Shown: positions 43,397-59,228 of the stretch, in pieces
Layout: each line of letters opens with the position of its first letter
Numbering within the stretch: the first letter of the stretch is position 1
Assembly (NCBI GenBank): GCA_032718475.1
Contig: JAUCBJ010003131.1
Coordinates: 1-64,000, forward strand
Reading direction: 5' to 3'
Length of the DNA stretch: 64,000 bases
Source of the DNA: Nemertoderma westbladi
Taxonomy: Eukaryota; Animalia; Xenacoelomorpha
The notes under the pieces: generated by a model
What the model was told of the DNA's origin: nothing
Databases searched by the model: none
What the model saw: only the letters and a program-made list of their open reading frames with translations
Program-made: the position numbers and the translations under genes

Positions 43397-44115
43397 TGTT
43401 ACACCTTGTTACAGCTGTTACACCTAGTTACAGCTGTTACACCTAGATACAGCTGTTTCACCTAGACTAGTTACAGTTGTTAGACCTAGATACAGTACGT
43501 AGACAAGTTACAGCTGATACACGTAAACTAGTTACAGTTATTCCACCTAGTTACAGCTGTTACACGTAGACTAGTTACAGTTGTTACACCTAGTTACAGC
43601 TGTTACACGTAGACTAGTTACCGTTGTTACACCTAGTTACAGCTGGTGTTGCACCTACTTACAGCTGTTACACCTAGATACATTACGTAGACAAGTTACA
43701 ACTGTTACACTAGGCTAGTTACAGCTGTTACACGTAGACTAATACAGCTGTTAGACCTAGAGTAGTTACAGCTGGTACACGTTGACTAGTTAGAGCTGTT
43801 TCGAGTTGCACCTGTTACATCTAGTTGCAGCTGTTACACGTAGACAAGCTACAGTTGTTGCACCTAGTTACAGCTGTTACACATAGACTAGTTAAAGATG
43901 TTATACGTAGACAATTTCCAGCTATTACACCTAGTTATAGCTGTTACTCTTAGATACAGCTGTGACACGTAAACAAGTTAGAGTTGATACACGTAGACTA
44001 GTTACAGCTTTTACTAAAACGTATACGAGTACAGCTGTTACACCTAGTTGGAGCTACCTAGTTGGAGCTGTTACACCTAGTTGCAGCAGTTACACCTAGT
44101 TGCAGCTGTTACACA
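43397..44115. repeat. Degenerate minisatellite based on GTTACACCTAGTTACAGCT
   Basis: Directly visible; a few bases of it also lie left of the solo LTR (about 42777-42792). Confidence 0.85.
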
Positions 44116-44859
44116 TAAAAACTACTATGAATTGAGCAACGATGATGCTGCTTCTGTTGCATTTAAATCCAATGTTGCTTTACGTAAAGTCTACGGAATA
44201 ATGTTGTACCATCTCCGTATCGCCCGGCCTTACTTGCCCCACCAGTTGTAATTAACACTTATTTTCGCGGCAATTTTCCCCAGTAGTAATTCACACTTTT
44301 TTTCGCGGAAATTTGCCCCATTAGTAATTCACATTTGTTTTCTTTACAATAAAAGTAAACTTGACAGTTTTACTTTCATTTCTGTAGTCTTGATTATTTT
44401 ACAAATATTTCAAAATTGTTAAAAATCATTTGTTATTGGCATGTAGGCCTACACTTTTGTTTGCTACAGCTACCGGTAATTAACCTGCTGCCTGAATACG
44501 TATTGTTTGGCAGAACCGGTTATCGGGCAGCTAACACTTACTACCTCCTTTGCTGTGTTATGGTCCGTTACGTCGTTAGTGCAATAAAGAACTTGGATCA
44601 GCACATTAGCTAGTTTAAACAAAAGTATGAAAATAGTTATAGTTTTTAAATCGTGATTCGTGTAACTTTTCGGAGACGCTCCCCAAACTTTCACGGTTTA
44701 ATATACTAGGCCTATAGGTTGTCCGATAGTAAATACTTTCCTCAGTACTGTTTCTGCTTGGGATGTTGGCCTACCACATAATACTATTCCTTATTTATAG
44801 TTATACTGTAGTAGGCCTACCACAACACGTTCGTGGGGACTTCGCGCAGCACGAGACTG

Positions 44860-45451
44860 CATACATACAAATTTTGGATTAATTTCATCTGCAATTGCCC
44901 GACTTATTTCGGTTTTTATAAAAAGTCTGAAACCCCCGGTACCGACTAACAGACTTGTCTTATTTCTGACCAAACTTCAGATACTTTCCAAACTTCTGAT
45001 GGACTGCATTCGAACAAGTTTGGTTTAATTCATCATTTGATTGAGCGACTTATTTCAGCTTTTATCAAAAGTCAGAAACTACCGGTACCAAGTGTCAGAC
45101 TGTCTCATTTTGGCAAAAACTCAGATTATTTCTAAACTTTTAACGGATTGCATTAACCACTCAGCTAACACCGCTTGAGGAAAATGAGGTATTCCTGAGA
45201 AATATAACATTTTGTAAAAAGCACATAATATGTCGTAGCTGACATCAGACTGCATGATTTTTCACCAAACTTCAGAAATTTTCTAAACTTTCCCTCTACT
45301 ACTTATCTACTAAGTTTGGTTCAATTCCGAACCAGCGTTACCGAGAAATTCGCGTTCAAAGATTTACCAGACAGACAGACAGACGGACATGCCCCATTGG
45401 AGCCTATATGAACCGTAGGCCAAGGCTCGCCGACTACCTGTCTCGCCCCAC
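44860..45451. mobile_element. HINE/DINE-like element
   Basis: Internal diverged repeats, (CAGA)n tract at 45368-45385 and terminus CTCGCCCCACA, as in 33501. Confidence 0.45.
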
Positions 45452-45747
45452 AGTCGGATATTCAAACTATGTTGGTGTTCGTCTGATGGTCTGCTATATG
45501 TGTTGGCTGCTGAATGATATCAGGTGCCCGGTCATATGGCATACTTTAAACAATGTGTGATATATGGTACTCTTTTTACCGTAATACTCTTTTTCTCCCT
45601 AGTTAGATAAAGTGCAACCTGAAAACCTGCAACTTCGTATACACAATGGATAGAGAGGCAGTTTTCTAGAATAATTAATGAATAGATCGATGGAGAATCG
45701 ATCGAAAATCGATGTTACTTGTGCGTTCAAGGTATTGGTCATATTTG

Positions 45748-45965
45748 CGTAGTGGTTTGATCCGCTGCTTTAAGTTACTATATCTGGTACCTGAAGTCGT
45801 GTGTTCGACACTAGCCAAGGTAGTTCACATGCTTTAAGTTACTATATCTGGTAGCTGAAGTCGTGTGTTCGACACTAGCCAAGGTAGTTCTAATTTCAGC
45901 AAAAATGTGGGAGTAGCCAGGGCTCATCTCTGCATTACATCCTTATATGGTCGCTAGATGAGTAA
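45748..45965 (+). mobile_element. tRNA-derived SINE with an internal ~60-bp duplication
   Basis: GCGTAGTGG...GTTCGACAC head, with the B-box block duplicated; body similar to 35072-35232. Confidence 0.5.
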
Positions 45966-48483
45966 TACAGTTTGTCAATATTATTTGTATTTTTTATTGA
46001 AGTGCATCTTACTTGTGTGATATTTGATCAACAGTCCACGTCATAATGTCACCCTTTATCACTGTCCTGATTAAATCAGTCCCTAATTATGACATATGAG
46101 TGCAATGCAAACAATATACGACTAGCTCACTCTTATCGCGATGATGGATCTACTTCATATCGTTGTAATATTATTTACTTTTTTTATTTGTTATTTGAAA
46201 CTGAAATGTTTAAACTCTATCATATTCCCATAGATTGGTTTTCCCGAGGCTTCGAAAACCCGTTACTGGGGATTTCGGTTGCATAACGGACATTTTTACA
46301 ATTACAGTAGTAATGGAACTTAGTGACGGTGTGAGTTGTAAGCGGTAAAAGAGGCAACAAAAAATGTGAATAATATATCTTTATAATTAACAAGAAGCAC
46401 AATTATCATATTAATAATCTGATAATAGTTAATATATATTACACAGCAGTAAATATTAAACAGAAATAAATATTAAACATTTAAACATATGTATTAAAAA
46501 GTTAATAATATGTAATAAACACCAATAAATATGTACCTAAATACATATTCGATATCATCTAAAATGTCAGCCGAGAAGAAATCGATCGAACAACAATATT
46601 TATTTGGCGATATAATTTAGATCGTAAAATACCATTGATTTAATTGGTGTATAATAATAATTATAATTATAATTATTATTTTATTTTTATTTAATTACAC
46701 AAGTATAAAAAAGTTCTAATCATAACGTGATTAAAGAGACAAAGATTAGAAGTGTCGAATATAATTAAATATGCGCCGTTATTACCAATCGGAAATATTT
46801 TATCTTAATTAAGTATTAACTGTGATTATATAAGTTTTTAAAACAGTCTTACTCCATAATTAAATTACTTAAGACTATTAATATTAATAGCAAGAAGAAC
46901 AATGAGTTAAACAGTGACACATTTGTGTTCAATCTACACGTACAATAGTAGAATATATGAGTAGTAGAATATATGAGTAGTAGAATATATGAGTAGTAGA
47001 ATATATGAGTAGTAGAATATATGAGTAGTAGAATATATGCAATAATAGAATAGATATATAATAAAATAGATACAATAGTAGAATAGTACAATAGTACAAT
47101 AGTAGAATATATAAAATAGTAGAATAGTACAATATATAAAATAGTAGAATATATAAAATAGTAGAATAGTACAATAGTAGAATATATAAAATAGTAGAAT
47201 ATATAAAATAGTAGAATAGTACAATAGTAGAATATATAAAATAGTAGAATAGTACAATAGTAGAATAGAACAATAGTATAATATATAAAATAGTAGAATA
47301 GTACAACAGTAGAATAGATACAATAGTAGAATACATACAATAGTAGAATAAATAAAATAGTAGAATAATACAATATTAGAATAGTACAACAGTAGAATAG
47401 TACAACAGTAGAATATATAAAATAGTAGAATAGTACAACAGTAGAATAGATACAATGGTAGAATAGATACAATAGTAGAATAGTACAATAGTAGAATATA
47501 TAAAATAGTAGAATAGTAGAATAGATACAATGGTAGAATATATACAATAGTAGAATAGTACAATAGTAGAATATATAAAATAGTAGAATAGTACAATAGT
47601 AGAATATATAAAATAGTAGAATAGTAGAATAGAACAATAGTATAATATATAAAATAGTAGAATAGTACAATATTAGAATAGTACAACGGTAGAATAGTAC
47701 AACAGTAGAATATATAAAATAGTAGAGTAGTACAACAGTAGAATAGATACAATGGTAGAATAGTACAACAGTAGAATAGATACAATAGTAGAATAGATAC
47801 AATAGTAGTATAGATACAATAGTATAATAAATAAAATAGTAGAATAGTATAATAGTAGAATAGATACAATAGTAGAAGAAATAAAATAGTAGAATAGTAC
47901 AATAGTAGAATATATAAAATAGTAGAATAATACAATATTAGAATAGTACAACAGTAGAATAGTACAACAGTAGAATATATAAAATAGTAGAATAGTACAA
48001 CAGTAGAATAGATACAATAGTAGAATAGATACAATAGTATAATAAATAAAATAGTAGAATAGTATAATAGTACAATAGTAGAATATATAAAATAGTAGAA
48101 TAGTAGAATAGATACAATGGTAGAATAGATACAATAGTAGAATAGATACAATAGTAGAATAAATAAAATAGTAGAATAGTATAATAGTACAATAGTAGAA
48201 TATATAAAATAGTAGAATAGTACAATAGTAGAATAGATACAATGGTAGAATAGATACAATAGTAGAATAGTACAATAGTAGAATATATAAAATAGTAGAA
48301 TAGTACAATAGTAGAATATATAAAATAGTAGAATATATAAAATAGTAGAATAGTACAATAGTAGAATATATAAAATAATAAAATAGTAGAATAGTACAAG
48401 AGTAGAATATATAAAATAGTAGAATAGTACAATAGTACAATATATAAAATAGTAGAATAATAAAACAGTAGAATAGATACAAT

Positions 48484-48715
48484 AGTCAGTCAGTCAGTCG
48501 GCCGAGGCCGGAGGCGACCCGAAGGCTCCTCTTTCGATAGCTGCTACCCGAGGGTAGGGATGGGCGCTACTCCTATCCATGATTTGCTCCCAGTAATTTA
48601 ACTGGTACTCATTTTATCGACCCCAGTGGATGAAAGGCTGAGTGGAGCCTGGCGGGGCTGAACCTACAACCACTAGATTGCAGGCCCGGCGCTCAACCAA
48701 CTGAGCTACCCCGAC
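48484..48715 (-). mobile_element. tRNA-derived SINE with Deu/Nin-like central domain and (GACT)n tail
   Basis: Head GTCGGGGTAGCTCAGTTGGTTGAGCG...GGTTCAGCCCC, then ACTCAGCCTTTCATCC...GGTCGATAAAATGAGTACCAG. The domain name is from memory of the consensus. Confidence 0.75.
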
Positions 48716-51700
48716 GTACAATACAATAGTAGAATATATAAAATAGTAGAATAGTACAATCGTAGAATATATAAAACAGTAGAATAGTACAATAGTAGAA
48801 TATATAAAATAGTAGAATAGTACAACAGTAGAATAGATACAATGGTAGAATAGTACAACAGTAGAATAGATACAATGGTAGAATAGTACAACAGTAGAAT
48901 AGATACAATAGTAGAATAGATACAATGGTAGAATAGTACAACAGTAGAATAGATACAATAGTAGAATAGATACAATGGTAGAATAGATACAATGGTAGAA
49001 TAGTACAACAGTATAATAGATACAATAGTAGAATAGATACAATGATAGAATAGATACAATAGTAGAATAGTACAACAGTAGAATAGATACAATAGTAGAA
49101 TAGATACAATGGTAGAAAAGTACAACAGCAGAATAGATACAATGATAGAATAGATACAATGGTAGAATAGATACAATGGTAGAATAGATACAATGGTAGA
49201 ATAGTACAACAGTAGAATAGATACAATAGTAGAATAGATACAATGGTAGAATAGATACAATGGTAGAATAGTACAACAGTAGAATAGATACAATAGTAGA
49301 ATAGATACAATGATAGAATAGATACAATAGTAGAATAGATACAATGATAGAATAGATACAATGGTAGAATAGATACAATGGTAGAATAGATACAATGGTA
49401 GAATAGTACAACAGTAGAATAGATACAATGGTAGAATAGTACAACAGTATAATAGATACAATAGTAGAATAGATACAATGGTAGAATAGAAACAATGGTA
49501 GAATAGATACAATTGTAGAATAGTACAACAGTAGAATAGATACAATAGTAGAATATATACAATGGTAGAATATATACAATGGTAGAATAGTACAACAGTA
49601 GAATAGATACAATAGTAGAATAGATACAATAGTAGAATAGATACAATGATAGAATAGATACAATAGTAGAATAGATACAATGGTAGAATGGATACAATGG
49701 TAGAATAGTACAACAGTAGAATAGATACAATAGTAGAATAGATACAATGGTAGAATATATACAATGGTAGAATAGTACAACAGTAGAATAGTACAACAGT
49801 AGAATAGATACAATGATAGAATAGATACAATAGTAGAATAGATACAATAGTAGAATAGATAAAATAGTAGAATAGTAAAATAGTAGAATATATAAAATAG
49901 TAGGATAGTACAACAGTAGAATAGTACAATAGTAGAATATATAAAATAGCGGAATAGTACAACAGTAGAATAGTACAATAGTAGAATAGTAAAATAGTAG
50001 AATATATAAAATAGTAGGATAGTACAACAGTAGAATAGTACAATAGTAGAATATATAAAATAGCGGAATAGTACAACAGTAGAATAGTACAATAGTAGAA
50101 TATATAAAATAGTAGAATAGATACAATGGTAGAATAGATACAATGTTAGAATATATAAAATAGCGGAACAGTACAACAGTAGAATAGATACAATAGTAGA
50201 ATAGATACAATGGTAGAATATATACAATGGTAGAATAGTACAACAGTAGAATAGATACAATGGTAGAATAAATACAATGGTAGAATAGATACAATGGTAG
50301 AATATATAAAATAGCGGAATAGTACAACAGTAGAATAGTACAATAGTAGAATATATAAAATAGTAGAATAGATACAATGGTAGAATAGATACAATGTTAG
50401 AATATATAAAATAGCGGAACAGTACAACAGTAGAATAGATACAATAGTAGAATAGATACAATGGTAGAATATATACAATGGTAGAATAGTACAACAGTAG
50501 AATAGATACAATGGTAGAATAAATACAATGGTAGAATAGATAAAATAGTAGAATATATAAAATAGTAGGATAGTACAACAGTAGAATAGTACAATAGTAG
50601 AATATATAAAATAGCGGAATAGTACAACAGTAGAATAGTACAATAGTAGAATATATAAAATAGTAGAATAGATACAATGGTAGAATAGATACAATGTTAG
50701 AATATATAAAATAGCGGAATAGTACAACAGTAGAATAGATACAATAGTAGAATAGATACAATGGTAGAATAGTACAACAGTAGAATAGATACAATGGTAG
50801 AATAAATACAATGGTAGAATAGATACAATGGTAGAATATATAAAATAGCGGAATAGTACAACAGTAGAATAGTACAATAGTAGAATATATAAAATAGTAG
50901 AATAGATACAATGGTAGAATAGATACAATGTTAGAATATATAAAATAGCGGAACAGTACAACAGTAGAATAGATACAATAGTAGAATAGATACAATGGTA
51001 GAATATATACAATGGTAGAATAGTACAACAGTAGAATAGATACAATGGTAGAATAAATACAATGGTAGAATAGATAAAATAGTAGAATAGTAAAATAGTA
51101 GAATATATAAAATAGTAGGATAGTACAACAGTAGAATAGTACAATAGTAGAATATATAAAATAGCGGAATAGTACAACAGTAGAATAGTACAATAGTAGA
51201 ATATATAAAATAGTAGAATAGATACAATGGTAGAATAGATACAATGTTAGAATATATAAAATAGCGGAATAGTACAACAGTAGAATAGATACAATAGTAG
51301 AATAGATACAATGGTAGAATATATACAATGGTAGAATAGTACAACAGTAGAATAGATAAAATAGTAGAATAGTAAAATAGTAGAATATATAAAATAGTAG
51401 GATAGTACAACAGTAGAATAGTACAATAGTAGAATATATAAAATAGTAGAATAGTACAACAGTAGAATAGATACAATAGTAGAATAGATACAATGGTAGA
51501 ATAGATACAATGGTAGAATAGTACAACAGTAGAATAGATACAATAGTAGAATAGATACAATAGTAGAATAGATACAATGGTAGAATAGTAGAATAGATAC
51601 AATAGTAGAATAGATACAATTATAGAATAGATACAATGGTAGAATAGATACAATAGTAGACTAAATACAATAGTAGAATAGTACAACAGTAGAATAGATA

Positions 51701-54700
51701 CAATAGTAGAATAGTACAACAGTAGAATAGATACAATGGTAGAATAGATACAATAGTAGACTAAATACAATAGTAGAATAGTTCAACAGTAGAATATATA
51801 CAATAGTAGAATAGTACAACAGTAGAATAGATACAATGGTAGAATAAATACAATGGTAGAATAGTAGAATAGTAGAATAGATACAATAGTAGAATAGATA
51901 CAATGATAGAATAGTACAACAGTAGAATAGATACAATAGTAGAATAGATACAATGGTAGAATAGATACAATGGTAGAATAGTACAACAGTAGAATAGATA
52001 CAATAGTAGAATAGATACAATAGTAGAATAGATACAATAGTATAATAGATACAATGGTAGAATAGTAGAATAGATACAATAGTAGAATATATACAATGAT
52101 AGAATAGATACAATGGTAGAATATATACAATGGTAGAATAGATACAATTGTAGAATAGATACAATGGTAGAATAGTACAACCGTAGAATAGATACAATAG
52201 TAGAATAGATACAATGGTAGAATAGATACAATGGTAGAATAGTACAACAGTAGAATAGATACAATAGTAGAATAGATACAATAGTAGAATAGATACAATG
52301 GTAGAATAGTAGAATAGATACAATAGTAGAATAGATACAATGATAGAATAGATACAATGGTAGAATAGATACAATAGTAGACTAAATACAATAGTAGAAT
52401 AGTACAACAGTAGAATAGATACAATAGTAGAATAGTACAACAGTAGAATAGATACAATGGTAGAATAGATACAATAGTAGACTAAATACAATAGTAGAAT
52501 AGTTCAACAGTAGAATATATACAATAGTAGAATAGTACAACAGTAGAATAGATACAATGGTAGAATAAATACAATGGTAGAATAGTAGAATAGATACAAT
52601 AGTAGAATAGATACAATGATAGAATAGTACAACAGTAGAATAGATACAATAGTAGAATAGATACAATGGTAGAATAGATACAATGGTAGAATAGTACAAC
52701 AGTAGAATAGATACAATAGTAGAATAGATACAATAGTAGAATAGATACAATAGTAGAATAGATACAATGGTAGAATAGTAGAATAGTAGAATAGATACAA
52801 TAGTAGAATATATACAATGATCGAATAGATACAATGGTAGAATATATACAATGGTAGAATAGATACAATTGTAGAATAGATACAATGGTAGAATAGTACA
52901 ACAGTAGAATAGATACAATAGTAGAATAGATACAATGGTAGAATAGATACAATGGTAGAATAGTACAACAGTAGAATAGATACAATAGTAGAATAGATAC
53001 AATGGTAGAATAGATACAATGGTAGATAGTACAACAGTAGAATAGATACAATAGTAGACTAAATACAATAGTAGAATTGTACAACAGTAGAATAGATACA
53101 ATAGTAGAATAGTACAACAGTAGAATAGATACAATGGTAGAATAGATACAATAGTAGACTAAATACAATAGTAGAATAGTACAACAGTAGAATAGATACA
53201 ATAGTAGAATAGTACAACAGCAGAATAGATACAATGGTAGAATAAATACAATGGTAGAATAGAAACAATAGTAGACTAAATACAATAGTAGAATAGTACA
53301 ACAGTAGAATAGATACAATAGTAGAATAGTACAACAGTAGAATAGATACAATGGTAGAATAAATACAATGGTAGAATAGATACAATGGTAGAATAGTACA
53401 ATGGCAGAATAGATACAATGGTAGAATAGATACAATGGTAGAATAGATACAATGGTAGAATAGATACAATGGTAGAATAGATACAATGGTAGAATAGATA
53501 CAATGGTAGAATAGATACAATGGTAGAATAGATACAATGGTAGAATAGATACAATGGTAAAATAGATACAATAGTAGAATAGATACAATGGTAGAATAGA
53601 TACAATGGTAGAATAGATACAATGGTAGAATAGATACAATGGTAGAATAGATACAATGGTAGAATAGATACAATGGTAGAATAGATACAATAGTAGAATA
53701 TATACAATGGTAGAATAGATACAATGGTAGAATAGTACAACAGTAGAATAGTACAACAGTAGAATAGATACAATAGTAGAATAGTACAATAGTAGAATAG
53801 ATACAATGGTAGAATAAATACAATGGTAGAATAGATACAATGGTAGAATAGTACAACAGTAGAATAGATACAATGGTAGAATAAATACAATGGTAGAATA
53901 GATACAATGGTAGAATAGATACAATGGTAGAATAGTACAACAGTAGAATAGATACAATGGTAGAATAGATACAATAGTAGAATATATAAAATAGTAGAAT
54001 AGTACAATAGTAGAATAGTACAACAGTAGAATAGATACAATAGTAGAATAGTACAACAGTAGAATAGATACAATGGCAGAATAGATACAATGATAGAATA
54101 GATACAATGGTAGAATAGATACAATAGTAGACTAAATACAATAGTAGAATAGTACAACAGTAGAATAGATACAATAGTAGAATAGATACAATGGTAGAAT
54201 AGTACAACAGCAGAATAGATACAATAGTAGAATAGATACAATGGTAGAATAAATACAATGGTAGAATAGATACAATGGTAGAATAAATACAATGGTAGAA
54301 TAGTACAGCAGTAGAATAGATACAATGGCAGACTAAATACAATAGTAGAATAGTACAACAGTAGAATAGATACAATAGTAGAATAGATACAATGATAGAA
54401 TAGATACAATGGTAGAATAGATACAATAGTAGACTAAATACAATAGTATAATAGTACAACAGTAGAATAGATACAATAGTAGAATAGATACAATGGTAGA
54501 ATAGATACAATGGTAGAATAGTACAACAGTAGAATAGATACAATAGTAGAATAGATACAATGATAGAATAGATACAATAGTAGAATAGTACAACAGTAGA
54601 ATAGATACAATGGTAGAATAAATACAATGGTAGAATAGATACAATGGTAGAATAGATACAATGGTAGAATAGATACAATGGTAGAATAGTACAACAGTAG

Positions 54701-57700
54701 AATAGATACAATAGTAGAATAGATACAATGGTAGAATAGATACAATGGTAGAATAGTACAACAGTAGAATAGATACAATGGCAGAATAGATACAATGGTA
54801 GAATAGTACAACAGTAGAATATATACAATAGTAGTATAGATACAATGATAGAATAGATACAATGGTAGAATAGATACAATAGTAGACTAAATACAATAGT
54901 AGAATAGATACAATAGTAGAATAGATACAATAGTAGAATAGATACAATGGTAGAATAGATACAATGGTAGAATATTACAACAGTAGAATAGATACAATGG
55001 TAGAATAAATACAATAGTAGAATAGATACAATGGTAGAATAGATACAATGGTAGAATAGTACAACAGTAGAATAGATACAATAGTAGAATAGATACAATG
55101 ATAGAATAGATACAATGGTAGAATAGATACAATGGTAGAATAGTACAACAGTAGAATAGATACAATAGTAGAATAGATACAATGATAGAATAGATACAAT
55201 GGTAGAATAGATACAATAGTAGACTAAATACAATAGTAGAATAGATACAATAGTAGAATAGATACAATAGTAGAATAGATACAATGGTAGAATAGATACA
55301 ATGGTAGAATAGATACAATGGTAGAATAGATACAAAGGTAGAATAGATACAATGGTAGAATAGTACAACAGTAGAATAGATACAATGGTAGAATAAATAC
55401 AATGGTAGAATAGATACAATGGTAGAATAGATACAATGGCAGAATAGATACAATGGTAGAATAGTACAACAGTAGAATAGATACAATAGTAGAATAGATA
55501 CAATGATAGAATAGATACAATAGTAGAATAGTACAGCAGTAGAATAGATACAATGGTAGAATAAATACAATGGTAGAATAGATACAATGGTAGAATAGAT
55601 ACAATGGTAGAATAGATACATTAGTAGAATAGATACAATGGTAGAATAGTACAATAGTAGAATATATAAAATAGTAGAATAGTACAATAGTAGAATAGAA
55701 CAATAGTATAATATATAAAATAGTAGAATAGTACAATAGTAGAATAGTAGAATAGAACAATAGTATAATATATAAAATAGTAGAATAGATACAATAGTAG
55801 AATAGATACAATGGTAGAATAGATACAATGGTAGAATAGATACAATAGTAGAATAGTACAGCAGTAGAATAGATACAATGGTAGAATAAATACAATGGTA
55901 GAATAGATACAATGGTAGAATAGATACAATGGTAGAATAGATACATTAGTAGAATAGATACAATGGTAGAATAGTACAATAGTAGAATATATAAAATAGT
56001 AGAATAGTACAATAGTAGAATAGAACAATAGTATAATATATAAAATAGTAGAATAGTACAATAGTAGAATAGTAGAATAGAACAATAGTATAATATATAA
56101 AATAGTAGAATAGATACAATAGTAGAATAGATACAATGGTAGAATAGATACAATGGTAGAATAGATACAATAGTAGAATAGTACAGCAGTAGAATAGATA
56201 CAATGGTAGAATAAATACAATGGTAGAATAGATACAATGGTAGAATAGATACAATGGTAGAATAGATACATTAGTAGAATAGATACAATGGTAGAATAGT
56301 ACAATAGTAGAATATATAAAATAGTAGAATAGTACAATAGTAGAATAGAACAATAGTATAATATATAAAATAGTAGAATAGTACAATAGTAGAATAGTAG
56401 AATAGAACAATAGTATAATATATAAAATAGTAGAATAGATACAATAGTAGAATAGATACAATGGTAGAATAGATACAATGGTAGAATAGTACAACAGTAG
56501 AATAGATACAATGGTAGAATAAATACAATGGTAGAATAGATACAATGGTAGAATAGATACAATGGCAGAATAGATACAATGGTAGAATAGTACAACAGTA
56601 GAATAGATACAATAGTAGAATAGATACAATGATAGAATAGATACAATAGTAGAATAGTACAACAGTAGAATAGATACAATGGTAGAATAAATACAATGGT
56701 AGAATAGATACAATGGTAGAATAGATACAATAGTAGAATAGATACAATGGTAGAATAGTACAACAGTAGAATATATACAATGGTAGAATAAATACAATAG
56801 TAGAATAGATACAATGGTAGAATAGATACAATGGTAGAATAGTACAACAGTAGAATAGATACAATAGTAGAATAGATACAATGATAGAATAGATACAATG
56901 GTAGAATAGATACAATGGTAGAATAGTACAACAGTAGAATAGATACAATAGTAGAATAGATACAATGATAGAATAGATACAATGGTAGAATAGATACAAT
57001 GGCAGAATAGATACAATGGTAGAATAGTACAACAGTAGAATAGATACAATAGTAGAATAGATACAATGATAGAATAGATACAATGGTAGAATAGATACAA
57101 TAGTAGACTAAATACAATAGTAGAATAGTACAACAGTAGAATAGATAACAATAGTAGAATAGATACAATGGTAGAATATATACAATGGTAGAATAGTACA
57201 ACAGTAGAATAGATACAATAGTAGAATAGTACAACAGTAGAATATATACAATAGTATAATAGATACAATAGTAGAATAGATACAATGGTAGAATAGATAC
57301 AATGGTAGAATAGTACAATAGTAGAATAGATACAATGGTAGAATAGTACAATAGTAGAATATATAAAATAGTAGAATAGTACAAAAGTAGAATAGATACA
57401 ATAGTAGAATAGATGCAATAGTAGAATAGATACAATAGTAGAATAGATACAATGGTAGAATAGTACAATAGAGAATAGTACAATAGTAGAATAGTACAAT
57501 AGTAGAATATATAAAATAGTAGAATAGTACAAAAGTAGAATAGATACAATAGTAGAATAGATGCAATAGTAGAATAGATACAATAGTAGAATAGATACAA
57601 TGGTAGAATAGTAGAATAGTACAATAGTAGAATAGATACAATAGTAGAATATATAAAATAGTAGAATAGTACAATAGTAGAATATATAAAATAGTAGAAT

Positions 57701-58784
57701 AGTACAACAGTAGAATAGATACAATAGTAGAATAAATACAATGGTAGAATAGTAGAATATATAAAATAGTAGAATAGATACAATGGTAGAATAGATACAA
57801 TGGTAGAATAGATACAATGGTAGAATAGATACAATGGTAGAATAGTACAACAGTAGAATAGATACAATAGTAGAATAGATACAATGATAGAATAGATACA
57901 ATGGTAGAATAAATACAATAGTAGAACAGATACAATGGTAGAACAGATACAATGGTAGAATAGTACAATAGTAGAATATATAAAATAGTAGAATAGTACA
58001 ACAGTAGAATAGATACAATAGTAGAATAGATACAATAGTACAATAGTAGAATATATAAAATAGTAGAATAGTACAACAGTAGAATAGATACAATAGTAGA
58101 ATAGATACAATGGTAGAATAGTAGAATATATAAAATAGTAGAATAGATACAATGGTAGAATAGATACAATGGTAGAATAGATACAATGGTAGAATAGTAC
58201 AACAGTAGAATAGATACAATAGTAGAATAGATACAATGGCAGAATAGATACAATGGCAGAATAGATAAAATAGTAGAATAGATACAATAGTAGAATAGAT
58301 ACAATGGTAGAATAGTAGAATATATAAAATAGTAGAATAGATACAATGGAAGAATAGATACAATGGTAGAATAGATACAATGGTAGAATAGTACAACTGT
58401 AGAATAGATACAATAGTAGAATAGATACAATGATAGAATAGATACAATGGTAGAATAAATACAATAGTAGAACAGATACAATGGTAGAATAGATACAATG
58501 GTAGAATAGTACAATAGTAGAATATATAAAATAGTAGAATAGTACAACAGTAGAATAGATACAATAGTAGAATAGATACAATAGTAGAATATATCAAATA
58601 GTAGAATAGTACAACAGTAGAATAGATACAATAGTAGAATAGATACAATGGTAGAATAGTAGAATATATAAAATAGTAGAATAGATACAATGGTAGAATA
58701 GATACAATGGTAGAATAGTACAACAGTAGAATAGATACAATAGTAGAATAGATACAATGGCAGAATAGATACAATGGTAGAATA

Positions 58785-59228
58785 ATGGGAGTCCATGCTG
58801 GACTCTAACTGCTGAGGACACCAAATCTCTGGATGGCACATTCACAAGAATGCTACGCCGGGTTCATTGTGTCAAGTACAATGCACACATCTCCAACCAG
58901 ACACTATATAACATTGGAGGTGTCTCATTGGTTCCCCCAAGCTTGACACTAGAACAAAATCGCCTCCGCTTTGCAGGACATTGCTTTCGCCGTGAGGACC
59001 AGCCAGTGCATAATCTTGTACTTTGGCAGCCTCATGGAGTGAATAAGCATGGTGGACAGCCCATGACTTTCTTGAGACGCATCTTAAAGGACACTGGCCT
59101 TGAAGATGCGGATGATCTAGCAAATGTCATGGGTGATAGGGAGTTGTGGCGGTGCAATTTTGTCGATAAGCCGGCACAGCATTCATAAAAATGCAGCTGC
59201 AATGCAGCATGCCGATCCTAGTAGTAGT
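58785..59228 (+). mobile_element. 5'-truncated RTE LINE inserted in the satellite
   Basis: GSPCWTLT...LDGTFTRMLR...RLRFAGHCFR, (TAG)n tail, flanking duplication ATGGTAGAATA (58774-84, 59229-39). Confidence 0.88.

Noticed and set aside
48650-48715. Functional tRNA gene
   Set aside because: Acceptor and anticodon stems pair poorly and it continues into a SINE body and tail.
46849-58841. Many very long minus-strand ORFs rich in Y/I/L/S/T/F/C
   Set aside because: By-product of satellite composition; all three frames are open and there is no protein-like complexity.
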